DNA from: Thalia democratica
Lineage: Eukaryota
Reading direction: 5' to 3'
DNA length: 64,000 bases
Assembly: GCA_965202585.1 (NCBI GenBank)
Contig: OZ241832.1
Span: 54,374,001-54,438,000, forward strand
Shown: piece after piece, positions 7,975 through 22,414 of the stretch
Position numbering within the stretch: position 1 is the first letter of the stretch
How the letters are laid out: every line of letters begins with the position of its first letter
Translations under genes and position numbers: made by a program
The notes under the pieces: generated by a model
Seen by the model: the letters and a program-made list of their open reading frames with translations, nothing else
Database searches by the model: none
What the model was told of the DNA's origin: nothing

Positions 7975-10900
7975 GTTGAATGAAAATTAAAGCGACCAAA
8001 ACCTTACTTGCAAGAGTTACTGACTGTGACGAATTGACTGTTGAGCAGTTATGTTTTGCAAGGTACCTTTTACTTCTTAATACAAGCATTATCACGTTTG
8101 TTTAAGACACATATGCTTATAAAAACTTAGTTGTCTTATTACGAATGTTGAAAAAGTTCCAGTAAGAAAGAAACCATATCTAACTTGTTCTGAAAGTAAC
8201 TTTTTTTAAAACATTAGTTTGAAAAGTCCAGAAATAACAGCCTGTATCTTACAGCACACCTCTAAATATATTAAGAAAAACATAAATGAAAAAAAAACAT
8301 GTTAGCACACTTCCGACTGAATTTTCCTTTGCCGCTCGCCTAAAGTAATAAAATTTTAACAAAGCACAAGGTTTTTTTACCTCAAACTTAAACAAAGTTT
8401 CATTATTTCGATTTCATGGAGTTTTGTAAATCGTAAGTTCTATCAAGTGTGTTCAAGTTAATTACATTTTAAACTAATGTGTTAAAAGTAATTCCAAAAA
8501 ATAAAAGCGTTCATTTTGTTTAGCTTTACTAGTTATGATTACTCAAAATATACTCATAAGCAATATACTCAAAACTTTTATTAAAATTTTTTTTTTTATT
8601 AAACTATTTTTTTTATGTTGCACATACTAGTAACTTACCTTACAACAATGTTTTCCAAACAACCTTTCAAAAACGTACAGTAACTATGATCATACTTGTT
8701 TGAAAATTATAAACTACTTTTAAACAAAATTTTTCGGTGTATATGAAAAACTAGTTTAACAAGTAAGTAGTTCAACATTAAATTAGCATTTCAAACAACT
8801 GATTCAAGCTGTTATACAGTTTAAAAAATACCGATGCAATTTTGCTCGTTACACTTAAACCTTGATCAAACTAAGAACTTATTCTTTGCAGATTTCAACC
8901 GAACAAAGTGTGCTGATAAAAGTGAACAAATGGATTTGGTTGTAAATTTTTCAAACAAAATAAAGTCAATTAGATTCAAAGAAATAAATAAGTCGAAAAA
9001 GCTTATGAAAACTAGCACTGAATATGAACTTAAACAAAAGTTGATATTTTTTGGACGAAAAATTTTACGTAAAAAAAGAGGTTGGTTTATTTTTTAAGCA
9101 GTATTAAGATACAAAGGGTAGTAAACAAAATAAAAACGAGTAAAGAAATCGAAAAGAAAAGCTTTTGAAATAAGGTTGACAAACGTTAGTGTTTGAATAC
9201 AGCTTTGTTTACAATCAGAACTCATAAGCTTTCAAATTATCTTTAAAAAATAATGCAATTAAGCTTTTTTTTTTCAAACTTTGTTTTGTCACTTCTCATA
9301 AATTTAAAGTTAATCGAAACAACATAGAACAACTTATTACTTTCTTGACACATATTTTGAAACAACAACAGTACTGTTTATTAAAGTTTACGATTGAAGT
9401 GTTTACCAAGTTAAACATGTGTTTAATTCAGTTTAAGTTGCTTTACTGCTAAAACTAGTTTCTTAGTTTACTCAACCTAGATTAATCATAAAGTTCTGTA
9501 CAATTGCTTTCATTGACTCGTTACTAGTTATCACTAACTTACTATTAATGTAGTTCAGAACACAACTTAGGATAAGCTACATTTTATTCTCGGATGTCGT
9601 TCAGAACATAGCTGTTGTAGCAACAACATACAGATTTGAAAGAAAATCTCATTATCTTACTCAATTATAAATTATATAAAACAAGGTCTTTGCTTGACTC
9701 AAAGCTTTATGTTTGCCTATTACGAAACTTGTACTATCATATAATAAGCTGTGAAAAAATGAAGGCTAAAAAAGTTTTATTTTTGCTTTGTCCAAATTTT
9801 TTTTCTTCTTTAGATTTACAAAAACTGCATAGCTTAAAGCAACAAGTTACAGTAATTTTAATTTTCTTATGTATAGCGTACAAAAGAGTTACAAATAAGT
9901 GGTAGCAAGTTTTTTACTTCTTTTCTTTGTATCATGTTTCACCTAATCATTTGGTTTATTTCGTATGCATGACAAGATAGGCAGCCTTAAACCAACCAAG
10001 TAGATGTAAGCTTAGTAAAATTAAATATTTAATTGTACAAGTTCATCATTTTATTAAAGTATTTTGTTGTGTTAAATTGTGTACCTGGTAATAGTGTTCT
10101 CTTTCTTTTGAACAATCGATCATGTTTACATTTATGTGTTATATCAGATTTGAATTGTTAAGAATGTTTCAGTTGTAATTGAACAGTTTTTTTTTAAGGA
10201 CATTAAAAATTGTTTGTTGTTAACAGCTTAAAACGTTTTCAGTTGTTAAGTCAAAGTTTTATTTCTATTTCTGTTTAAGCGTATTATTTTCATTGAAAAA
10301 TATAACTAGTTTTTACAATGACGTAGGCACAGCTTTTTTTAATAAACTAAAAAAAATGAAATATTGAATTAAAAAAATGTCCACAAAGTAAGCATGAATA
10401 AGAATAAGTTTTATTTTGAAAAGAAAATTAAACGGAAAAAGCCTACGAAAAGGACACTCAAGTTAGTTAAAGCTTTTCACTAAGCATTCAGTAATAGTAA
10501 GCAATAAAGTAAGGATTAGGGCATCTAGCTAGAGTTCCCTTCTTAACAGCTGCACAAAAAAAGTAAAGTAGAGAAATTGTAGCAAGCTAGGTATTTAATA
10601 AATAATAGATTTATAGTTTGGAACGAAATGGTTTATGATTCTTTACCACCACAAAGTTGATTAAGTATGTACATTTGTGTTGTTGAGTCTAGTAGTCAAT
10701 AGTAGCTTGTGTAATTAATTGGTGATCCACCTAACCTTTAAATTTAAAAAGTACATAGCTTAAAACAAACAAGTATAGTCGTTTTGAGTTGTCTCAAACA
10801 TAGTTTAAAAAAGAGTTACAAAAAATGGTAAAAAAGTGTTCTTTTTTTTACCTTTGAATCATGTCGTTATTTGGCATAGCCACAGAAAAAAAAGTTCAAC

Positions 10901-12455
10901 AAAACAAGTATGAGCTTTGTAAACAGAAAGATTATTTCAATAGTACGTTTGTTTTAAACAATCACTGTTGTTTACATTAGTTTAATTGTTCAACTTTTAA
11001 ACACCTTTGTACTGTTTCATTTGCATTCTGATAAATAAGACTAATACACTTTTGACAATCAAACCTCCGTTAAATTAATACCATTGAGTATTTTTAAATA
11101 TCAATGTAAAGTTTTCTTCTCATTTATTATAATGTCTTACTTAAGCATAATTTTTTATTTAGTATCGTTGTTTTTTTATTAAACTAACCACAAATATCTA
11201 TTGAGTGTTTGATAAACAAGTCTAAAAAGTTAATTGAACCAGAGTGAGTTTTGTTTAAACAACACGTTAAACAAGAAGATGCCCATTGAAAAAACTTTTT
11301 TACCTAACATTTAAATAGTAGTGAAGCAGAAAAACATGTTCTACGGTTTAAGCTCATTATCAAGAATAGTTTAAAATGAAAAGTAAAACTACAAAAACTG
11401 AAGTAAGTGTAACTAACTGGTAAAAATAAAAACAGAGAAATTCTGTTTTGAAAATTTATTTACAAGTTATTGAAGTACACTAACTTTTTTACCAACACGC
11501 ACAATGTAGATATAAATTTGTACATTTTTTTGTCGCTTAGCTAGAGCTTGTTTGACATTCTTTACTCGACATTAGTAGCTGGTCAAATCAATTGGTGGTC
11601 CTGATTACTTTAGATTTGTAGAAACATGACTTTAAGCAAACTATTAGAGTTGTTTTAGGTCATCAATTTGTCTCATTTCTAATTAAAACAAGTAACTTTT
11701 ACTTTGAAAACTAGCATAATAAGTACAAGCAGTTAATCTTTTGTGTTTTACCAATAATGAGCTGGTTTGTTTTATGTGTTTATGTTTTGAATTGAAAATG
11801 TTTCTTAAACAAGGTAAACAGAAGTTAACTTTGAAAGAAGGAATATTTAATTTGAAAAAGACATTTATTATTTTTTGTTTTGAACAATCACTTTTAATTC
11901 ATTTATGCATTCTTATGTTTTCAAAATGTGTTACATGGCCTCAATTGCAATTAAATTGATAAGAAGGAAAAACGTTTAAAAAGTTAAAGCTCGGTTGTTT
12001 TAATAATAATCAACAACAACTTAAAATGAATACTAAGTTTTTGCTTGTTATAAGTGATATAAATTTCTGTTTAAAAAGTTTTGTAACTTATTGAATGCTT
12101 TTACAGAACTTCAACAAACGAATAAAAAAAATGTTACGTACAAAAAGTATTCAGATGAAAAATCTTACGGACAACATAATCAAGTTAGTTAAGCCTCATT
12201 TAATTACAAGTACTACTACTGTTTTGTGAATAAGACTAATGCAATGCTTTTTCTACAATATAACGAGTTACAAATTTATTAAGTGTTTGAAACAAAAAAT
12301 AGTTTGTTCATTCAAGTGTATGAGTTTTTAATTTACACGAATAAGAACTTATTTGTACTAAGCTTACATTCTTAACTGTAGCTTGTACTTTAAGTAAATA
12401 CCAAAAGCTGGTTCTATTCTAATGGTGGTCCTGAAAAGGACCGGTTGTTGAGCGT

Positions 12456-12815
12456 TTATTTTGAGCTGGTGTACTTGGTAACAGCTTTAGTACCTTCTGA
12501 AACTGCGTGCTTTGACAACTCGCCGGGGAGCAAAAGCCTGACAGCAGTTTGGATTTCGCGGCTGCTAACAGTAGACCTCTTGTTGTAATGAGCCAAACGT
12601 GAAGCCTCTGCTGCAATGCGCTCGAAGATGTCGTTGACAAAAGAGTTCATGATTCCCATCGCCTTGCTGGAGATTCCGGTGTCGGGGTGCACTTGCTTCA
12701 AAACTTTGTACACGTAGATGCCAAAGCTTTCTTTGTTCCTCCTCCTTCGCTTCTTCTTGCCGTCGACCGGAGCGGTCTTGGCTACTGACTTCTTCGCGCT
12801 TTTGGTTGCTGTCAT
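12456..12815 (-). CDS. H2B: Histone H2B (U2)
   Basis: Same protein as U1. Confidence 0.98.
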   Translation of the reverse strand: MTATKSAKKSVAKTAPVDGKKKRRRRNKESFGIYVYKVLKQVHPDTGISSKAMGIMNSFVNDIFERIAAEASRLAHYNKRSTVSSREIQTAVRLLLPGELSKHAVSEGTKAVTKYTSSK

Positions 12816-12979
12816 GATGATGTGTGAACTTCAGTCTCGGCGCCGGTTTATATCCTGAAAAATTATGCAAATTAGCAGAGTTCCGTACGCGAACGATAGC
12901 TTGTTTCTCTCACTTCACAATTCTCTCGTTTGTTGTAAATACTTTTGGTGGTCCTGAAAAGGACCTGGTTTTTTTTAAC

Positions 12980-13360
12980 TTAGGCTGACTTTTTTGAAGC
13001 GGTCTTCTTAGGCAACAGTACTGCCTGGATGTTTGGAAGAACACCACCTTGAGCAATTGTGACGCCGCCGAGAAGTTTGTTCAACTCTTCGTCGTTGCGA
13101 ATAGCTAGTTGCAAATGGCGAGGAATGATCCTGCTTTTCTTGTTGTCACGAGCAGCGTTACCGGCAAGCTCGAGCACTTCTGCGCTCAAGTACTCGAGAA
13201 CGGCAGCCAGATAAACTGGAGCACCAGCTCCGACTCTTTGGCTGTAGTTGCCGGTGCGCAACAGGCGGTGCACGCGACCGACTGGAAACTGCAGTCCTGC
13301 ACGGGAAGACCTGCTCTTCGGCTTAGATTTGAGTTTTGATCCTTTACCACGTCCTGACAT
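12980..13360 (-). CDS. H2A: Histone H2A (U2), start corrected
   Basis: Same protein as U1. Confidence 0.97.
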   Translation of the reverse strand: MSGRGKGSKLKSKPKSRSSRAGLQFPVGRVHRLLRTGNYSQRVGAGAPVYLAAVLEYLSAEVLELAGNAARDNKKSRIIPRHLQLAIRNDEELNKLLGGVTIAQGGVLPNIQAVLLPKKTASKKSA

Positions 13361-13542
13361 TTTGTTGTTCGAATGATTGTGATGATAGCTTGCACAGCTC
13401 AATATAAAACTCATACCTAACCGCGTCGAACGAACAACTAATTTGCATATGTCATAGCTAATGCTAATCTTGTCAAAAATGTTGTAAAAACTTTTATATT
13501 GAATTAGGTGGTCCTAAAAAGGACCGGGTTTGCTAAAAGCGA

Positions 13543-13890
<348 letters not shown>

Positions 13891-14042
13891 TTATATACAA
13901 GCTGTTACGGACGCGTACGGTTACTATTAAACTAATTTGCATACTCAAAAAAGTCTCTTAACTTACATCTTTTCGTTTGCTTTCTTTTTCTCACTATCAA
14001 AGTTTTAAGGTGGCCCTGAAAAGGACCGGTTTTAGCTAACGC

Positions 14043-14534
<492 letters not shown>

Positions 14535-14633
14535 CTAATTTGCATATTTTCAACTTAGCATTGTTTATGCATTTTGAGTTGCGTTATACTTTGTTTGAGT
14601 GGTCCTAAAAAGGACCTTGGGTAAAAGAACAAC

Positions 14634-15194
14634 TTATTTTTTGCAGCTCTTCTTCTTGGATGCTTTTTTGGCTGCCGGCTTCTTCTTGGTTACTTTCTTC
14701 TTCTTGCTTGCAGCTTTTTTAGATGCTGCCTTCTTAGGAGCGCACTTTTTAGCAGGTCGCTTTTTGGCTGCTGGTTTTTTTGCAGCCTTCTTGGGAGCAC
14801 ACTTCTTTTTTGGTTTTTTAACTGCGGCCTTCTTTGCTGCTGGCTTTTTAGCTACTTTTTTTGTCCTCTTCTTGGGCCCAGCAGCTGGCATTGGAGCAAG
14901 CTTGAACGAGCCAGAAGCGCCTTTTCCAGTTGTCTGGAGAAAAGCACCTTTGGTCACGCCGCTGGTAAGTGCTCTCTTCAAGTGAGAATTGGAAGCTGTG
15001 AGGTCAAGCTTGTAGGTGTCCGCGATATACTTTTGTATCTTCTGGCGGGATGTACCTTTTTGTTCCTTCATTGCTCCAAGGGCAGAGCTAATCATTTCCC
15101 TGTAAGTAGGGTGCTCTGCCTTCTTGGCGCTTGGTCTCTTGGAAGACCTGGCTGCGGCTGGCGCTGGTACTGCTGCTACTGCTGTGGTAGACAT
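14634..15194 (-). CDS. H1: Linker histone H1 (U3), R45Q variant
   Basis: C>T at 15061 changes KERKG to KEQKG. Confidence 0.97.
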   Translation of the reverse strand: MSTTAVAAVPAPAAARSSKRPSAKKAEHPTYREMISSALGAMKEQKGTSRQKIQKYIADTYKLDLTASNSHLKRALTSGVTKGAFLQTTGKGASGSFKLAPMPAAGPKKRTKKVAKKPAAKKAAVKKPKKKCAPKKAAKKPAAKKRPAKKCAPKKAASKKAASKKKKVTKKKPAAKKASKKKSCKK

Positions 15195-18100
15195 GTTGAA
15201 TGAAAATTAAAGCGACCAAAACCTTACTTGCAAGAGTTACTGACTGTGACGAATTGACTGTTGAGCAGTTATGTTTTGCAAGGTACCTTTTACTTCTTAA
15301 TACAAGCATTATCACGTTTGTTTAAGACACATATGCTTATAAAAACTTAGTTGTCTTATTACGAATGTTGAAAAAGTTCCAGTAAGAAAGAAACCATATC
15401 TAACTTGTTCTGAAAGTAACTTTTTTTAAAACATTAGTTTGAAAAGTCCAGAAATAACAGCCTGTATCTTACAGCACACCTCTAAATATATTAAGAAAAA
15501 CATAAATGAAAAAAAAACATGTTAGCACACTTCCGACTGAATTTTCCTTTGCCGCTCGCCTAAAGTAATAAAATTTTAACAAAGCACAAGGTTTTTTTAC
15601 CTCAAACTTAAACAAAGTTTCATTATTTCGATTTCATGGAGTTTTGTAAATCGTAAGTTCTATCAAGTGTGTTCAAGTTAATTACATTTTAAACTAATGT
15701 GTTAAAAGTAATTCCAAAAAATAAAAGCGTTCATTTTGTTTAGCTTTACTAGTTATGATTACTCAAAATATACTCATAAGCAATATACTCAAAACTTTTA
15801 TTAAAATTTTTTTTTTTATTAAACTATTTTTTTTATGTTGCACATACTAGTAACTTACCTTACAACAATGTTTTCCAAACAACCTTTCAAAAACGTACAG
15901 TAACTATGATCATACTTGTTTGAAAATTATAAACTACTTTTAAACAAAATTTTTCGGTGTATATGAAAAACTAGTTTAACAAGTAAGTAGTTCAACATTA
16001 AATTAGCATTTCAAACAACTGATTCAAGCTGTTATACAGTTTAAAAAATACCGATGCAATTTTGCTCGTTACACTTAAACCTTGATCAAACTAAGAACTT
16101 ATTCTTTGCAGATTTCAACCGAACAAAGTGTGCTGATAAAAGTGAACAAATGGATTTGGTTGTAAATTTTTCAAACAAAATAAAGTCAATTAGATTCAAA
16201 GAAATAAATAAGTCGAAAAAGCTTATGAAAACTAGCACTGAATATGAACTTAAACAAAAGTTGATATTTTTTGGACGAAAAATTTTACGTAAAAAAAGAG
16301 GTTGGTTTATTTTTTAAGCAGTATTAAGATACAAAGGGTAGTAAACAAAATAAAAACGAGTAAAGAAATCGAAAAGAAAAGCTTTTGAAATAAGGTTGAC
16401 AAACGTTAGTGTTTGAATACAGCTTTGTTTACAATCAGAACTCATAAGCTTTCAAATTATCTTTAAAAAATAATGCAATTAAGCTTTTTTTTTTCAAACT
16501 TTGTTTTGTCACTTCTCATAAATTTAAAGTTAATCGAAACAACATAGAACAACTTATTACTTTCTTGACACATATTTTGAAACAACAACAGTACTGTTTA
16601 TTAAAGTTTACGATTGAAGTGTTTACCAAGTTAAACATGTGTTTAATTCAGTTTAAGTTGCTTTACTGCTAAAACTAGTTTCTTAGTTTACTCAACCTAG
16701 ATTAATCATAAAGTTCTGTACAATTGCTTTCATTGACTCGTTACTAGTTATCACTAACTTACTATTAATGTAGTTCAGAACACAACTTAGGATAAGCTAC
16801 ATTTTATTCTCGGATGTCGTTCAGAACATAGCTGTTGTAGCAACAACATACAGATTTGAAAGAAAATCTCATTATCTTACTCAATTATAAATTATATAAA
16901 ACAAGGTCTTTGCTTGACTCAAAGCTTTATGTTTGCCTATTACGAAACTTGTACTATCATATAATAAGCTGTGAAAAAATGAAGGCTAAAAAAGTTTTAT
17001 TTTTGCTTTGTCCAAATTTTTTTTCTTCTTTAGATTTACAAAAACTGCATAGCTTAAAGCAACAAGTTACAGTAATTTTAATTTTCTTATGTATAGCGTA
17101 CAAAAGAGTTACAAATAAGTGGTAGCAAGTTTTTTACTTCTTTTCTTTGTATCATGTTTCACCTAATCATTTGGTTTATTTCGTATGCATGACAAGATAG
17201 GCAGCCTTAAACCAACCAAGTAGATGTAAGCTTAGTAAAATTAAATATTTAATTGTACAAGTTCATCATTTTATTAAAGTATTTTGTTGTGTTAAATTGT
17301 GTACCTGGTAATAGTGTTCTCTTTCTTTTGAACAATCGATCATGTTTACATTTATGTGTTATATCAGATTTGAATTGTTAAGAATGTTTCAGTTGTAATT
17401 GAACAGTTTTTTTTTAAGGACATTAAAAATTGTTTGTTGTTAACAGCTTAAAACGTTTTCAGTTGTTAAGTCAAAGTTTTATTTCTATTTCTGTTTAAGC
17501 GTATTATTTTCATTGAAAAATATAACTAGTTTTTACAATGACGTAGGCACAGCTTTTTTTAATAAACTAAAAAAAATGAAATATTGAATTAAAAAAATGT
17601 CCACAAAGTAAGCATGAATAAGAATAAGTTTTATTTTGAAAAGAAAATTAAACGGAAAAAGCCTACGAAAAGGACACTCAAGTTAGTTAAAGCTTTTCAC
17701 TAAGCATTCAGTAATAGTAAGCAATAAAGTAAGGATTAGGGCATCTAGCTAGAGTTCCCTTCTTAACAGCTGCACAAAAAAAGTAAAGTAGAGAAATTGT
17801 AGCAAGCTAGGTATTTAATAAATAATAGATTTATAGTTTGGAACGAAATGGTTTATGATTCTTTACCACCACAAAGTTGATTAAGTATGTACATTTGTGT
17901 TGTTGAGTCTAGTAGTCAATAGTAGCTTGTGTAATTAATTGGTGATCCACCTAACCTTTAAATTTAAAAAGTACATAGCTTAAAACAAACAAGTATAGTC
18001 GTTTTGAGTTGTCTCAAACATAGTTTAAAAAAGAGTTACAAAAAATGGTAAAAAAGTGTTCTTTTTTTTACCTTTGAATCATGTCGTTATTTGGCATAGC

Positions 18101-19675
18101 CACAGAAAAAAAAGTTCAACAAAACAAGTATGAGCTTTGTAAACAGAAAGATTATTTCAATAGTACGTTTGTTTTAAACAATCACTGTTGTTTACATTAG
18201 TTTAATTGTTCAACTTTTAAACACCTTTGTACTGTTTCATTTGCATTCTGATAAATAAGACTAATACACTTTTGACAATCAAACCTCCGTTAAATTAATA
18301 CCATTGAGTATTTTTAAATATCAATGTAAAGTTTTCTTCTCATTTATTATAATGTCTTACTTAAGCATAATTTTTTATTTAGTATCGTTGTTTTTTTATT
18401 AAACTAACCACAAATATCTATTGAGTGTTTGATAAACAAGTCTAAAAAGTTAATTGAACCAGAGTGAGTTTTGTTTAAACAACACGTTAAACAAGAAGAT
18501 GCCCATTGAAAAAACTTTTTTACCTAACATTTAAATAGTAGTGAAGCAGAAAAACATGTTCTACGGTTTAAGCTCATTATCAAGAATAGTTTAAAATGAA
18601 AAGTAAAACTACAAAAACTGAAGTAAGTGTAACTAACTGGTAAAAATAAAAACAGAGAAATTCTGTTTTGAAAATTTATTTACAAGTTATTGAAGTACAC
18701 TAACTTTTTTACCAACACGCACAATGTAGATATAAATTTGTACATTTTTTTGTCGCTTAGCTAGAGCTTGTTTGACATTCTTTACTCGACATTAGTAGCT
18801 GGTCAAATCAATTGGTGGTCCTGATTACTTTAGATTTGTAGAAACATGACTTTAAGCAAACTATTAGAGTTGTTTTAGGTCATCAATTTGTCTCATTTCT
18901 AATTAAAACAAGTAACTTTTACTTTGAAAACTAGCATAATAAGTACAAGCAGTTAATCTTTTGTGTTTTACCAATAATGAGCTGGTTTGTTTTATGTGTT
19001 TATGTTTTGAATTGAAAATGTTTCTTAAACAAGGTAAACAGAAGTTAACTTTGAAAGAAGGAATATTTAATTTGAAAAAGACATTTATTATTTTTTGTTT
19101 TGAACAATCACTTTTAATTCATTTATGCATTCTTATGTTTTCAAAATGTGTTACATGGCCTCAATTGCAATTAAATTGATAAGAAGGAAAAACGTTTAAA
19201 AAGTTAAAGCTCGGTTGTTTTAATAATAATCAACAACAACTTAAAATGAATACTAAGTTTTTGCTTGTTATAAGTGATATAAATTTCTGTTTAAAAAGTT
19301 TTGTAACTTATTGAATGCTTTTACAGAACTTCAACAAACGAATAAAAAAAATGTTACGTACAAAAAGTATTCAGATGAAAAATCTTACGGACAACATAAT
19401 CAAGTTAGTTAAGCCTCATTTAATTACAAGTACTACTACTGTTTTGTGAATAAGACTAATGCAATGCTTTTTCTACAATATAACGAGTTACAAATTTATT
19501 AAGTGTTTGAAACAAAAAATAGTTTGTTCATTCAAGTGTATGAGTTTTTAATTTACACGAATAAGAACTTATTTGTACTAAGCTTACATTCTTAACTGTA
19601 GCTTGTACTTTAAGTAAATACCAAAAGCTGGTTCTATTCTAATGGTGGTCCTGAAAAGGACCGGTTGTTGAGCGT

Positions 19676-20035
19676 TTATTTTGAGCTGGTGTACTTGGTA
19701 ACAGCTTTAGTACCTTCTGAAACTGCGTGCTTTGACAACTCGCCGGGGAGCAAAAGCCTGACAGCAGTTTGGATTTCGCGGCTGCTAACAGTAGACCTCT
19801 TGTTGTAATGAGCCAAACGTGAAGCCTCTGCTGCAATGCGCTCGAAGATGTCGTTGACAAAAGAGTTCATGATTCCCATCGCCTTGCTGGAGATTCCGGT
19901 GTCGGGGTGCACTTGCTTCAAAACTTTGTACACGTAGATGCCAAAGCTTTCTTTGTTCCTCCTCCTTCGCTTCTTCTTGCCGTCGACCGGAGCGGTCTTG
20001 GCTACTGACTTCTTCGCGCTTTTGGTTGCTGTCAT
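19676..20035 (-). CDS. H2B: Histone H2B (U3)
   Basis: Same protein as U1. Confidence 0.98.
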   Translation of the reverse strand: MTATKSAKKSVAKTAPVDGKKKRRRRNKESFGIYVYKVLKQVHPDTGISSKAMGIMNSFVNDIFERIAAEASRLAHYNKRSTVSSREIQTAVRLLLPGELSKHAVSEGTKAVTKYTSSK

Positions 20036-20199
20036 GATGATGTGTGAACTTCAGTCTCGGCGCCGGTTTATATCCTGAAAAATTATGCAAATTAGCAGAG
20101 TTCCGTACGCGAACGATAGCTTGTTTCTCTCACTTCACAATTCTCTCGTTTGTTGTAAATACTTTTGGTGGTCCTGAAAAGGACCTGGTTTTTTTTAAC

Positions 20200-20580
20200 T
20201 TAGGCTGACTTTTTTGAAGCGGTCTTCTTAGGCAACAGTACTGCCTGGATGTTTGGAAGAACACCACCTTGAGCAATTGTGACGCCGCCGAGAAGTTTGT
20301 TCAACTCTTCGTCGTTGCGAATAGCTAGTTGCAAATGGCGAGGAATGATCCTGCTTTTCTTGTTGTCACGAGCAGCGTTACCGGCAAGCTCGAGCACTTC
20401 TGCGCTCAAGTACTCGAGAACGGCAGCCAGATAAACTGGAGCACCAGCTCCGACTCTTTGGCTGTAGTTGCCGGTGCGCAACAGGCGGTGCACGCGACCG
20501 ACTGGAAACTGCAGTCCTGCACGGGAAGACCTGCTCTTCGGCTTAGATTTGAGTTTTGATCCTTTACCACGTCCTGACAT
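20200..20580 (-). CDS. H2A: Histone H2A (U3), start corrected
   Basis: Same protein as U1. Confidence 0.97.
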   Translation of the reverse strand: MSGRGKGSKLKSKPKSRSSRAGLQFPVGRVHRLLRTGNYSQRVGAGAPVYLAAVLEYLSAEVLELAGNAARDNKKSRIIPRHLQLAIRNDEELNKLLGGVTIAQGGVLPNIQAVLLPKKTASKKSA

Positions 20581-20762
20581 TTTGTTGTTCGAATGATTGT
20601 GATGATAGCTTGCACAGCTCAATATAAAACTCATACCTAACCGCGTCGAACGAACAACTAATTTGCATATGTCATAGCTAATGCTAATCTTGTCAAAAAT
20701 GTTGTAAAAACTTTTATATTGAATTAGGTGGTCCTAAAAAGGACCGGGTTTGCTAAAAGCGA

Positions 20763-21110
<348 letters not shown>

Positions 21111-21262
21111 TTATATACAAGCTGTTACGGACGCGTACGGTTACTATTAAACTAATTTGCATACTCAAAAAAGTCTCTTAACTTACATCTTTTCGTTTGC
21201 TTTCTTTTTCTCACTATCAAAGTTTTAAGGTGGCCCTGAAAAGGACCGGTTTTAGCTAACGC

Positions 21263-21754
<492 letters not shown>

Positions 21755-21853
21755 CTAATTTGCATATTTTCAACTTAGCATTGTTTATGCATTTTGAGTT
21801 GCGTTATACTTTGTTTGAGTGGTCCTAAAAAGGACCTTGGGTAAAAGAACAAC

Positions 21854-22414
21854 TTATTTTTTGCAGCTCTTCTTCTTGGATGCTTTTTTGGCTGCCGGCT
21901 TCTTCTTGGTTACTTTCTTCTTCTTGCTTGCAGCTTTTTTAGATGCTGCCTTCTTAGGAGCGCACTTTTTAGCAGGTCGCTTTTTGGCTGCTGGTTTTTT
22001 TGCAGCCTTCTTGGGAGCACACTTCTTTTTTGGTTTTTTAACTGCGGCCTTCTTTGCTGCTGGCTTTTTAGCTACTTTTTTTGTCCTCTTCTTGGGCCCA
22101 GCAGCTGGCATTGGAGCAAGCTTGAACGAGCCAGAAGCGCCTTTTCCAGTTGTCTGGAGAAAAGCACCTTTGGTCACGCCGCTGGTAAGTGCTCTCTTCA
22201 AGTGAGAATTGGAAGCTGTGAGGTCAAGCTTGTAGGTGTCCGCGATATACTTTTGTATCTTCTGGCGGGATGTACCTTTTCGTTCCTTCATTGCTCCAAG
22301 GGCAGAGCTAATCATTTCCCTGTAAGTAGGGTGCTCTGCCTTCTTGGCGCTTGGTCTCTTGGAAGACCTGGCTGCGGCTGGCGCTGGTACTGCTGCTACT
22401 GCTGTGGTAGACAT
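21854..22414 (-). CDS. H1: Linker histone H1 (U4)
   Basis: Same protein as U1. Confidence 0.97.
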   Translation of the reverse strand: MSTTAVAAVPAPAAARSSKRPSAKKAEHPTYREMISSALGAMKERKGTSRQKIQKYIADTYKLDLTASNSHLKRALTSGVTKGAFLQTTGKGASGSFKLAPMPAAGPKKRTKKVAKKPAAKKAAVKKPKKKCAPKKAAKKPAAKKRPAKKCAPKKAASKKAASKKKKVTKKKPAAKKASKKKSCKK

